Origin: a virus
Taxonomy: Duplodnaviria; Caudoviricetes
IMG/VR virus record: IMGVR_UViG_3300028048_000002
Coordinates: 64,001-128,000 of that record
Direction: 5' to 3' (one strand)
Length of the DNA stretch: 64,000 nt
Shown here: positions 28,911 to 38,172 of the stretch, in pieces
Position numbering within the stretch: position 1 is the first letter of the stretch
How the letters are laid out: each line of letters opens with the position of its first letter
The notes under the pieces: generated by a model
What the model was told of the DNA's origin: nothing
Database searches by the model: none
Seen by the model: the letters and a program-made list of their open reading frames with translations, nothing else
Program-made: the position numbers and the translations under genes

Positions 28911-28939
28911 ATTGTAAGTTATAACACAATATAAGTCAA
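28911..28939 (-). promoter_or_regulatory. Host sigma70/sigmaA-type promoter
   Basis: TTGACT-N17-TACAAT. Confidence 0.7.
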
Positions 28940-28955
28940 TACTAAACTAAAAAAT

Positions 28956-29438
28956 CTAATCTACTTCATTATCCGTACAGTAGTATATTCCATCAGAAGG
29001 AATTAATTCTTTTGCAATATCTTGATAAAGTGTAGAAGTAAGCCCATGCAGATCTCCAGCATTATCGCTATAATACTGAACTACTTCCTTCTTGAATGAT
29101 ACAAAACACATAGGATTAGATAATTCATCAAATTCAATGGTTTGAATATCTACAACAGCTGGATTCCCTTCAAAAGCTTTCTTTACTATTGAAGCTTTCC
29201 AGTTATCTAAATTTGCCGGAATTACATTAATTAATACTTCTACATTACCAAACTGCTTAGTCATAGGAAGCAACTGAGCAATAGCTTCAGCTTTAGAGGC
29301 ATTATCTACATAAACTTTTAAAATTAAATTATCATCATCAAACTCTACATTAACTTCAGGATCAACTCCAAACAAAGCATCAACTTGACGATAATATACC
29401 TCCCAAGGTGCAGAAAGACTTAGATTCTCATTAAACAT
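28956..29438 (-). CDS. Hypothetical phage protein
   Basis: ORF with AGGAG RBS. Confidence 0.6.
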   Translation of the reverse strand: MFNENLSLSAPWEVYYRQVDALFGVDPEVNVEFDDDNLILKVYVDNASKAEAIAQLLPMTKQFGNVEVLINVIPANLDNWKASIVKKAFEGNPAVVDIQTIEFDELSNPMCFVSFKKEVVQYYSDNAGDLHGLTSTLYQDIAKELIPSDGIYYCTDNEVD

Positions 29439-29470
29439 TGTTACTCCTATCTTATATTTTTGAAATTATT

Positions 29471-29707
29471 CTAGAGTCTATCATACACAGACTTTACGTG
29501 ACCATTTCGTATATACGATTTAGCCTGACCTATTAAAGCTTTAAAATAATCCATACACGATTCAGCAGCTTCATCTAAAGTTAGCCCATAATCCTCACAC
29601 AAATTTAATAAATTGCCTTCAATATCTTCTAGAAGGTCTTCTTCAGATAATAAATTTCTAGGATCAGTTTCTACATATCTTGTATTTGCAAAAACTTTTT
29701 TCTTCAT
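29471..29707 (-). CDS. Possible leader-variant protein (MKKKVFAN)
   Basis: Basic N-terminus ending V-x-A, acidic body. Confidence 0.5.
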   Translation of the reverse strand: MKKKVFANTRYVETDPRNLLSEEDLLEDIEGNLLNLCEDYGLTLDEAAESCMDYFKALIGQAKSYIRNGHVKSVYDRL

Positions 29708-29728
29708 AATAAACTCTCCTTAATAGTA

Positions 29729-30622
29729 TTATTCTGTAACAGCAGGTCCAATCGTAATGACTGGTCTTACACCATTAGATTCATTAGCTGATCTAGATCC
29801 TAATTGACCATATTCATTTATGCGATAAAATTGTGTATCCGAACGAATAGTTCTAAGCCAGAATCCTGTTCTGGATTCGGCTTCTGGCATTAACAATTGA
29901 GGATCAAATGCAAAAGCTGGAAATTGAGTGGAATCTGAACCTACTTCAAAATGCGGTCCCAAATGCACTCCCAAAATTTCAATAACTGAAGGGATACGAA
30001 TATCCCCACGATACCAGTCACCTGCAGTTGCCTCCCCACCACTTGAGGCAGAAGTTAGATAATGCTTAGAAGAAGATAAAGACATTCCACAGTTAAGATT
30101 AAGCAAATAACTAGAAATAGCTGAACTATAAGAATCTAAAAGAGCACTATAAATGGTAGTACCAACATACCCACTAGTTGTAGTGGAAAAAACATCATTC
30201 ATAGGTAACGTACCTATGGGTGCATCTGGCATTAATGTTATAGTATGTCTAGTTATAGGTGAAGAAATTTGAGATTGCCCTCTATTGAATTCTAAATCTA
30301 ATCCAACAATCGTATATTTTACTTCAGTTCTTGAATCTACAGTGCAGCTGTAAACTATGGTCTGGTCGATAACTTCAGAAGTAAGCTGGAATTTTGGAAA
30401 TCTAAAATAATCACCTACAAATACATCATTAAAAAGATTTGATGCATCTGTTAAAGAATCATATAGCCGAACTGTAGAATCACTAGAAATTAAATATGAT
30501 ACATCTTTTCTTCTATAGATAGAATTATGGGCTGCTGCAGTTTTTGGCATCCAAGGATTAATATCTTTAATAGCATTCCAGACTTTATTCAATCCGGGTT
30601 CATCTAAAAATCTTAAAGACAT
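29729..30622 (-). CDS. Fibre-associated protein (DUF6273-like C-terminus)
   Basis: FLDEPGLNKVWNAIK N-terminal motif; AAHNSIYR, VGDYF, FWLR, GVRP motifs. Confidence 0.6.
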   Translation of the reverse strand: MSLRFLDEPGLNKVWNAIKDINPWMPKTAAAHNSIYRRKDVSYLISSDSTVRLYDSLTDASNLFNDVFVGDYFRFPKFQLTSEVIDQTIVYSCTVDSRTEVKYTIVGLDLEFNRGQSQISSPITRHTITLMPDAPIGTLPMNDVFSTTTSGYVGTTIYSALLDSYSSAISSYLLNLNCGMSLSSSKHYLTSASSGGEATAGDWYRGDIRIPSVIEILGVHLGPHFEVGSDSTQFPAFAFDPQLLMPEAESRTGFWLRTIRSDTQFYRINEYGQLGSRSANESNGVRPVITIGPAVTE

Positions 30623-30676
30623 AAATAATATACCTCCAGATACTATTGTTTCATTGATTTAAGTACAATGTCTGCC

Positions 30677-31858
30677 TTATGATGTACTTACATCTGTATA
30701 TTTACCAACATTTCCAGAACTTACAGGTTTTACTGCGCCGAAAGCTACCCAATTTACAGAAACAGAAACGTTATCGGTAGTTGAAGCATTATAAACTCTG
30801 ATCTTAAAACTAGAAGTAGAAGCAGAATGCACAGATATTGATAGCCCAGCACTAACTTTAGCTGCTTCCTCAGCAGAACCTCCGGACGCTGTACCAGAAA
30901 AACAAGCAAGAACAACAGGAGCAGCAGCATAAGTAGGTATATATGCTTTTCCTGTATATGATGTACTATTAATTGTTGTACCAACATCTGCTTGATTTGA
31001 AAACGTTACTGTTACATCTTTATATGTATTTTTATCTACATCTGAAACTGTAACGTTGCCATATCTAATACCAGCCAACTCCGGAAATAGAGGTACTGAT
31101 TGATAAAATGCAGTAGAATCTGAAACCCTATAAGTTCGTCTATGAACTCCAGGCCAACCTGAACCCTCTTTAGTTACAAATACACCTAGTTCATTAGTTG
31201 TTGAGTAATTATCATAGTAATTTGTTACAGACATACCAGAAAACGTAGGTCCAGATTTCTGTATTAATGTTCTAAATCGTCCTACCACATGATCTTCAGA
31301 ATCACGAGCCTCTATAATTATAGACTTATCAACATCATCCGTTATGCCGTTATAGATACTGGTAGATCCATCAGAAACTGTTCTAGCTTGTATATTAGCT
31401 TTTGAAGTATATCCAATAAGACTATGGCTAGCATTTTCAGCAGCATCTATTTTAGAAATTCTAGTAATCGTCCCAGAAGTTATCTTAGAAGCTGGTAACT
31501 CGGGTATCAAAGAAGTTGTAAAAACTCCAGAAGTTATCTTAGAAGCTGGTAAATTTGGAATTCTATTTATATTCAACGTACCGGATGTTATTTTAGAAGC
31601 ATCAAATCCTGAAGTTTCTAAAGATGCAATTCTTGCTTCAATACTAGAAATACTTAAAAGTTTATTTCCCTGTCTAATACCTAAAAACTGCGATTCTCCC
31701 GAAGCATTAGTAGACTGCACAATTAATGCATTATAAATTCCTCTAAATACTTCTTCAGAAGTTATTTTTTCATCAGAGTTAGAATCTAAAGACATTACCA
31801 CTTCAGCTAATTGCCTAGACGTAAATTCAATTTGATTCAACTCATCTTGTGTTGTCAT
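30677..31858 (-). CDS. Tail fibre/receptor-binding protein
   Basis: LPASKITSG repeats; C-terminal VTF..PVV..SFKIRV..VNWVAFG lectin/gp53-like beta domain. Confidence 0.7.
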   Translation of the reverse strand: MTTQDELNQIEFTSRQLAEVVMSLDSNSDEKITSEEVFRGIYNALIVQSTNASGESQFLGIRQGNKLLSISSIEARIASLETSGFDASKITSGTLNINRIPNLPASKITSGVFTTSLIPELPASKITSGTITRISKIDAAENASHSLIGYTSKANIQARTVSDGSTSIYNGITDDVDKSIIIEARDSEDHVVGRFRTLIQKSGPTFSGMSVTNYYDNYSTTNELGVFVTKEGSGWPGVHRRTYRVSDSTAFYQSVPLFPELAGIRYGNVTVSDVDKNTYKDVTVTFSNQADVGTTINSTSYTGKAYIPTYAAAPVVLACFSGTASGGSAEEAAKVSAGLSISVHSASTSSFKIRVYNASTTDNVSVSVNWVAFGAVKPVSSGNVGKYTDVSTS

Positions 31859-31924
31859 AAAATACCTTCCATCAAGAACTACTATAGTATGATGGAAGGT
31901 TGGTGAAAGTTGATTTATGAAATA

Positions 31925-32290
31925 TTATAAATCTATATCATTATCTAGAATATTGGGATCTGGAGATTCTTCTTTATCCTGGAAGTGATCGGGGTATAAC
32001 GAAACAATTGCAGATTCAATTACATCTGTAGGTAATTCAAACCCAGTTGTACCGTACTGTATGTATATTTTTGCATTATCTTTTTTTATACTAGCTAAAT
32101 TTATTACAATATTTTTTACATCTTCTTTCTGCATAACTTGTTCATTATCAGTATCTTTAGAAGGTTTTTCTGATTTAAATGCATTTTTAATTATTAAGTT
32201 TGTTTGATAATAATTGAATGCACAAAATACTAAAATCATAAAAATTACAATGCAAATGATAAACATTAAAGATACACTACTATCCATCAT
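31925..32290 (-). CDS. Membrane-anchored hypothetical protein
   Basis: N-terminal TM helix. Confidence 0.55.
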   Translation of the reverse strand: MMDSSVSLMFIICIVIFMILVFCAFNYYQTNLIIKNAFKSEKPSKDTDNEQVMQKEDVKNIVINLASIKKDNAKIYIQYGTTGFELPTDVIESAIVSLYPDHFQDKEESPDPNILDNDIDL

Positions 32291-32417
32291 TCTGCCTCTT
32301 TATCATCTTTTTCTTATATGCTCTTTTACAAAATTCATTAAAAATTCGTTTAAGATATTATTAAAGGAGACTACCGTCATGTTTAGATTAGCATCTGTCT
32401 TTTGAAATACCGCTTTA

Positions 32418-32768
32418 CTAAATACCACGAGTGGAAGTTATTAGGTATTCTAATAGACGATTTTCATATGATTCAAAAGGACAATGCTTAGACATTACAG
32501 AATTAAATTTTCCAGAATTACCAAAGAGTTTCTTAGCGCAACAGAGTAAGAACCCACGTTGTTTGTCGTAAACATCCCCATAAGCACAAGTCACTACAGT
32601 CTTTGTCCCATCATTCCACAAGATAATCGTAGCAGGATCATTATAAATTACCTTTTCAATATCTAAGTATAGGCACTTATCTAATTTGATAGTAATTCCA
32701 TGTTTTTTCTCATAATCAATAGATGTAATTTCAGTTGGAGCCGACGTAATCTGATTAGCATTAATCAT
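32418..32768 (-). CDS. Conserved-looking hypothetical phage protein
   Basis: IEKVIYNDPATIILWNDGTKTVV motif. Confidence 0.6.
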   Translation of the reverse strand: MINANQITSAPTEITSIDYEKKHGITIKLDKCLYLDIEKVIYNDPATIILWNDGTKTVVTCAYGDVYDKQRGFLLCCAKKLFGNSGKFNSVMSKHCPFESYENRLLEYLITSTRGI

Positions 32769-32819
32769 AGTATTTTTACCTCTCTATTATCTTAAAAGTG
32801 CTAACAACTATATTAACGA

Positions 32820-32925
32820 TTATTTGTATACATATACAGCTTGACCGCAATCATAAACAGGTAACCAGCCGTTTTCTAACATAAGTTCATCATTAGACTT
32901 ACCTTTTCCATAAGTTGTATTAAAT
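32820..32925 (-). pseudogene. C-terminal remnant of a Hef-like homing endonuclease
   Basis: FNTTYGKGKSNDELMLENGWLPVYDCGQAVYVYK* matches the C-terminus of 18975..20081. Confidence 0.75.
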
Positions 32926-32955
32926 GTTGGTGTAATAAAGATATTGAAACAATAA

Positions 32956-32981
32956 AAGAGGGCCTAAAATTAGACCCTCTT
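32956..32981 (-). terminator. Terminator after tail sheath gene
   Basis: AAGAGGG..CCCTCTT hairpin followed by T-tract on minus strand. Confidence 0.6.
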
Positions 32982-32999
32982 AAGAAATGTGTATGAAAA

Positions 33000-35270
33000 T
33001 TAAGCTCTGAATTGATCAAGATCAACACTTGGCGGAAGAGCGATGAGGTCAATTGAAATGTCGTTGATGACACCCTCAACCACTAAGTAAATCTTACCAA
33101 CTACACTATTTGCATTAACATTATCTAAACCGTTAATGTCAGCAGCCATCCGGATGTAATAGTCTTTAATAGCTCCAACATTACGCATTGTATCAAGTAA
33201 CGGTGACATTCCTGCGTAGAACGCATTGTATGCTTGATCATTATTGTAATTAAAAGTAATTCCGATACCGCATCTATATGCTAAATCTTCAATAGCATTT
33301 ACAAGTTTTCTTGTAGAAAGATTCGCAAGAGCTTGATAAGTTGCGGGAGGAACTTCGAATAACGTTGAATTACCCCAAATAGTTACACCTAAGTCGGGAA
33401 TCTGAGTAATGCAGTTAATTCCTACACCTTCAAGGCTTTGCCAAACATCTAAGTACTTCTTAGAAATGTTGTAATCTAGCTTTCCAATGCGGAGATTGTG
33501 CTTACGAGATGTAGGCAGCTGCCATTCGTATTGACTCGTTTGATTCTTAATCATCGCTCTATCAATAAGGAGAGCTAAGAAAGAAGGAGAAGCAATAGCT
33601 TGCTTGGAGGTTCCAGCATAAGCAAATCTACCCCAAGGTGCGAATAAAGCTGAATGGCTTGCATAATAAGAACCTTCAGTAATAAGTTCTACAGAAATGC
33701 GTCTACTTAATCTCTGAGCATACCCCATCTTTATGTCATTAGCAGCATCATCTTGAAGTGCTTCATTATAAATTGTATTTCTAGTTATTGATCTTGGAAT
33801 GTCCAGATAGGCAGTAGCACATCTGCTTACATAAGCTACATCCATAAGACGTGCATGTAAGGGTGAGACATCGTTGATGTCAACTGTTTTAGTATCATCA
33901 TCAAATAGGAATTTAAAGTCTTGATCATCCCAACCAGGAACAATAATTCTATTAGGATTATATGCTAGCTTATCTTCCAAAGTTCCTAGAATTGTATAAG
34001 CAGTATTAAACATCCACTCTCTAAATACAATAGCATCAGCTTTAACTTTACTTACATTCTGTTGATTTGAAAGTAATGCATTTAAGCCATGAGTTAGATA
34101 TTCAGTATTGTTAGCAATATTTATAAGTTGGTTGTTTGTAGGATTAGCTCCATATGCAGACCAGGCATAACGATACTGAGCATATTCAATAGCTTTATTA
34201 AGTGAAGCTGCTACTGAAGTTTCAGATACCGGTAAATCGCTGCCATCATGAAGACGTCCTGTTATAAGCTGATTGATAGTGTTATATGTAATATATGTTA
34301 ATTCAGGAAATGCTGTAAGGACAGGAGCCCAAATGGTGTTGAAATCAGCTGTACTTAGAGAATCTTCAAGAATGCTTCCAGTGTCAATCAATTCTCCGGG
34401 AAGAACTAGATTATCAGTATCAGGAGCAGTAGAAGTTTCAAAAGTTAGGAATCTAGAATCAACTTCGTTGATATGTAGAATCGTATCTGTAGCATTATCA
34501 ACATCAAAGACAAAATTAATGTTTTCAACAGAAGTACGAATACCTGCAGTAGATTCCACATAAACAATGCAATTCCAATACGGAATAATTTCACCTGAGG
34601 TAGAAGATCTTAAAAGTTTACGTAATGAAACCCTTAATTGATTACCAAAACTGCCAAGATACTTACCCTTAATGGTAAACCATCCCTGGATCGTATAAAC
34701 AGATGTGGTTGTAACAAGTTTATAATTATAAGTAGTCTCATTACCTTCCTCACCCTCAACTACAGGGGGCACCAGAGGTTCAACTACATTTTGAATAATT
34801 GTTACCGTACCGGCAGTTTTATCAGGAGTTACCACAAAGGGAGTCTCAACAACAGGCTCAGATTCATACTTTTGCTCAACAGGTTCTGCAGTTTCAATAT
34901 TGATAAACGGCATGTCAATCTGAGCTGCAGCACCAGTAGCTATACGAGAAACAAGAATATCATAACCAGAAGTTAATAAAGTCATAGCCATCTGATATGA
35001 ATAATCTTGATGCTGAATATACTGAGTAGTAGGTCCTCTAAACGTAGATACAAAAGACTCTAAGCCTTCTTGATTTGACTTAAATCTAGACCAAACAACA
35101 GATTCAAGTCTTTCATCGTTTATACTACCTGCAACATCATTTGAAGATCTATCATCTTCAAAACCCGGTCCCCAGCAAGCTGTAATAGGAAATGCTACAG
35201 TAGCATAAGAAGAATTTCCCACATTATAGGTATAATTCTGGGAAATCTCATTAATGGTAATATTTGCCAT
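33000..35270 (-). CDS. Contractile tail sheath protein
   Basis: ITINE N-terminus, GKYLGSFGNQL, GINCI..GVTIWGNSTL, LSTRKLVNAI sheath motifs. Confidence 0.85.
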   Translation of the reverse strand: MANITINEISQNYTYNVGNSSYATVAFPITACWGPGFEDDRSSNDVAGSINDERLESVVWSRFKSNQEGLESFVSTFRGPTTQYIQHQDYSYQMAMTLLTSGYDILVSRIATGAAAQIDMPFINIETAEPVEQKYESEPVVETPFVVTPDKTAGTVTIIQNVVEPLVPPVVEGEEGNETTYNYKLVTTTSVYTIQGWFTIKGKYLGSFGNQLRVSLRKLLRSSTSGEIIPYWNCIVYVESTAGIRTSVENINFVFDVDNATDTILHINEVDSRFLTFETSTAPDTDNLVLPGELIDTGSILEDSLSTADFNTIWAPVLTAFPELTYITYNTINQLITGRLHDGSDLPVSETSVAASLNKAIEYAQYRYAWSAYGANPTNNQLINIANNTEYLTHGLNALLSNQQNVSKVKADAIVFREWMFNTAYTILGTLEDKLAYNPNRIIVPGWDDQDFKFLFDDDTKTVDINDVSPLHARLMDVAYVSRCATAYLDIPRSITRNTIYNEALQDDAANDIKMGYAQRLSRRISVELITEGSYYASHSALFAPWGRFAYAGTSKQAIASPSFLALLIDRAMIKNQTSQYEWQLPTSRKHNLRIGKLDYNISKKYLDVWQSLEGVGINCITQIPDLGVTIWGNSTLFEVPPATYQALANLSTRKLVNAIEDLAYRCGIGITFNYNNDQAYNAFYAGMSPLLDTMRNVGAIKDYYIRMAADINGLDNVNANSVVGKIYLVVEGVINDISIDLIALPPSVDLDQFRA

Positions 35271-35578
35271 TATTTCTCCTCACTATTTTCATTTTCAGAT
35301 TTAACTTCATCATCGCTGGAAGGTTTCGAGCTCTGTGTTGTTTTGTTGATAGAAGGTTTAGTAGTACGTTTTGTATACTTACGCTTAGGCTTTTCAGCTG
35401 CTTTAGCAATTTCTTCTGTTTTCAATTCTGCAACAACAGACTCTTTAGGATTTTTACCTTCAAAAACTCTAATAATTCCAAAAGATTTAATATATCCGGG
35501 AAAATCTTTTATTTCTCCTGGTGCTAAATCAATTCCATAAAATGTTCGAGTTGAATATCCGCAATTCTTATACTTCAT
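35270..35578 (-). CDS. Small basic morphogenesis-region protein
   Basis: ORF; Lys/Ser-rich C-terminus. Confidence 0.55.
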   Translation of the reverse strand: MKYKNCGYSTRTFYGIDLAPGEIKDFPGYIKSFGIIRVFEGKNPKESVVAELKTEEIAKAAEKPKRKYTKRTTKPSINKTTQSSKPSSDDEVKSENENSEEK

Positions 35579-35588
35579 ATTACCTTCC

Positions 35589-36182
35589 TTACAGTGTTTC
35601 TATTTCAATAACATTACGTTTTAGATGTACAGGAGTATAATGAATTAAAACACATCCCTCACAATTTAACTGAATAGAAGATTGATACAGTTGCCCAGAT
35701 TCAGTATACTGTGAAATTCCAGATTGCTTTTGTATACCATATCCTTTGTCAAGAGTTATACCAAAACTAATGTCTCTTCTACTTTCATATGGAATTTTGA
35801 TTTTAAGAAAATACATTGATCCATATTTAAAAATAATCTCACGAAGAATCTCATCCATGTCAGTTTGATTTGTAGTCATAACAGATAACACATAGGATAA
35901 AGATATAGGATATGATTTTTCATTATAGATATTATTTTTAACTTTATCAAATACCGCAGGTACTCCTTTTATGCTTTTAGTAAAATTAGTAAGAGTCTCA
36001 TCTATCTGTACATCATTTCTATCTAATGCTACAAGCGGGAAGGATATAGCATCTTCCTGTAGCTGAGCTGCAACTCCAAGAATCTGTTCAGGTCCTATGA
36101 CTCGGACAACAGGATGAGCTAAGTCTTCATTAAAAGACTTGCTTAAATCATCTACAATAGCGTTGTCATATAAATAAATCAT
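35589..36182 (-). CDS. Tail completion/terminator protein (T4 gp15-like)
   Basis: FPLVALDR, PISLSYVL..DMDEILREI; upstream of sheath. Confidence 0.6.
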   Translation of the reverse strand: MIYLYDNAIVDDLSKSFNEDLAHPVVRVIGPEQILGVAAQLQEDAISFPLVALDRNDVQIDETLTNFTKSIKGVPAVFDKVKNNIYNEKSYPISLSYVLSVMTTNQTDMDEILREIIFKYGSMYFLKIKIPYESRRDISFGITLDKGYGIQKQSGISQYTESGQLYQSSIQLNCEGCVLIHYTPVHLKRNVIEIETL

Positions 36183-36188
36183 AAACCC

Positions 36189-36974
36189 TTAATCATCAAA
36201 AGTGCATATAGAAGTTACATCCGAAGACGTCATTGCATCAATAGTGAAATCTGAACCTAGTGGATCCCATGCAGTTCCAGTCCAAGCTACGTTCATACCA
36301 GGACCACCGTAAGTTGACTCATTTACAATGTTATATACATCACCTACAGTTAAATTTGAAGAAGGTAAGTCAGAGGCGTTAGTAACTGAACCTTTAAATA
36401 TGTATGCAGAAGATACAGCAGCAGAAATTAAGCTGTTTACATCAGAAGCTGTTTGATATCCAGCACCGTTAGTAAGCTGATTATTATTTGTAGGTACAGA
36501 TATATTAACATTTTTATTAGTTATTGTTTGAGAATTTCCGTTTACAGAAATCGAGCTAATAGCATTAACTTCTGCTCCAGTAGCTACACCATCTAACTTA
36601 GCTTTATCTGTAGAACTGAGTAACCCAGATGCTGATGTAGTAGCCTCAGAATAAGTTGTATCAGTAGCCGATATGGTTAATGTTTTATTTGAAGCATCCG
36701 CTGCTAACGTAACATTTGAACCATTTATAAATTCAAATGTGTCTGTTTCAGAAGTAGCTGCTACAGTTGTAGCACCATACTTCATATATGAATAAGCATT
36801 CTGATTACCGTAATCACCTGGGCTCATATTAACAAGCTTAGTTTCAATCTCATCAGTAAAGTCATTAGTAGATAACCCTTTTCCTGCTTCTTTTTTTACA
36901 AAGTTTTGTTTAATTAACGCCCATAATACGGCAAGACCTTGGCTATCTAGAAACTTTCTGGTATCTTTAGGCAT
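36189..36974 (-). CDS. Head/neck fibre-like protein
   Basis: FLDSQGLAVLWALIK, GKGLSTNDFT, DKAKLDG repeat shared with 2596..4995. Confidence 0.65.
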   Translation of the reverse strand: MPKDTRKFLDSQGLAVLWALIKQNFVKKEAGKGLSTNDFTDEIETKLVNMSPGDYGNQNAYSYMKYGATTVAATSETDTFEFINGSNVTLAADASNKTLTISATDTTYSEATTSASGLLSSTDKAKLDGVATGAEVNAISSISVNGNSQTITNKNVNISVPTNNNQLTNGAGYQTASDVNSLISAAVSSAYIFKGSVTNASDLPSSNLTVGDVYNIVNESTYGGPGMNVAWTGTAWDPLGSDFTIDAMTSSDVTSICTFDD

Positions 36975-36983
36975 ACTGTCTCC

Positions 36984-37232
36984 TTAATTGCAAATATCGA
37001 AAATATCTAAAGTAGATAATGGTGTCATTAAATCTTGTTTAGTATCTAATTCATCATCAAATTGATTTAAGGTAGCCGTCAAACCTGTAATAGAAGTTAT
37101 AGGGTGACAATCTGTATCATCACGTTTAAGTAATACATTATGCTCAGGATAATCGGTTCTCGGCGCTGATACAATAGTACCTTTAATTACCCCTTCACGT
37201 TGAATTTTCCCTATAAGACGTTGTTCATACAT
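36984..37232 (-). CDS. Small fibre adaptor-like protein
   Basis: HPITSITGL..LDTKQD..LSTLDIFDIC. Confidence 0.5.
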   Translation of the reverse strand: MYEQRLIGKIQREGVIKGTIVSAPRTDYPEHNVLLKRDDTDCHPITSITGLTATLNQFDDELDTKQDLMTPLSTLDIFDICN

Positions 37233-37234
37233 AT

Positions 37235-38167
37235 CTAAAAAGTCACCTCTTCAGAAAGTATAAATCTAGCTGGCCCTATTACAGTATAAACATCTCCAGA
37301 TGCTAAAGTTAATTGAACATCATACCAGTACAAGCCATAAGATAGCGGTGAAGTATCAGAACCCTCAATTCTGAGAGTAAACTCGGGTATTTCTTTTTGA
37401 ATTAACGTATTTTCAGAATTCTTTGATTTTTTAACACTAAATACAAGTTGATCTCCAGATTCCCTTTGATATTGAGTGCCATCCTCTAGAAATACATCTA
37501 GTAAAAATTCAGCAGTATCGCCTCTAGTTACTTCTATATCTGACCCAGAAACACGTAGCATAAGTGACCCTGAATTATTCCCCACGATATTACTTGTAAA
37601 TGTTCGAACTTTTCTAGTTCTCCGATATTTTGTACTTGTAGTTATATAATCACCTCTATAATCCAGAGGCTGCTTTATAAAATGTTCAGAAGTATTGAAG
37701 GTTCTACTAACCTCTTCTTTAGTTCTACCTACTACCTGTTTTTCATAAACAGGTATAACTTGACATACAATATGATCGGGAGATTGTATGTCATAAGAAA
37801 TTTCAGTTACCTTAAAAATTCGTTCTGGTAATTCAGTAAACTGTCCAGCTATTTTAAAAATAGAATCTTTTTGAACATGCGGTAAATGAAAGCTACAATG
37901 AATTAAAAACGGTAATTCAGAATTATTTTCTACTACCCACCCAAGACGCTTAAAAGTTTTAACTTTAGGAGAACCCTCAAAAAATATCTGAGTGTTTATA
38001 GGTAAAGAATATTGGTCTACAATAGCTTCACCTTGTTGGTTAGTTTGTGTGATGTTTGGATACATATAAACACATTCAATACCTCGAAGTTTTAAAGCTT
38101 CATCATACCTGTTACGAATCAGTTTTATATCTTCATCAATTAAATTATGCAATCTATCCAAACTCAT
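37235..38167 (-). CDS. Neck/head-closure protein (T4 gp14-like) with C-terminal BppU-like domain
   Basis: EALKLRGI..YMY, TFKRLGW N-terminal part; IEVTRGDT..YWYDVQL C-terminal part. Confidence 0.55.
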   Translation of the reverse strand: MSLDRLHNLIDEDIKLIRNRYDEALKLRGIECVYMYPNITQTNQQGEAIVDQYSLPINTQIFFEGSPKVKTFKRLGWVVENNSELPFLIHCSFHLPHVQKDSIFKIAGQFTELPERIFKVTEISYDIQSPDHIVCQVIPVYEKQVVGRTKEEVSRTFNTSEHFIKQPLDYRGDYITTSTKYRRTRKVRTFTSNIVGNNSGSLMLRVSGSDIEVTRGDTAEFLLDVFLEDGTQYQRESGDQLVFSVKKSKNSENTLIQKEIPEFTLRIEGSDTSPLSYGLYWYDVQLTLASGDVYTVIGPARFILSEEVTF

Positions 38168-38172
38168 AACAT

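Noticed and set aside
32876-33079. 67-aa ORF overlapping the sheath 3' end
   Set aside because: Crosses a terminator and is out of frame with the endonuclease remnant; likely spurious
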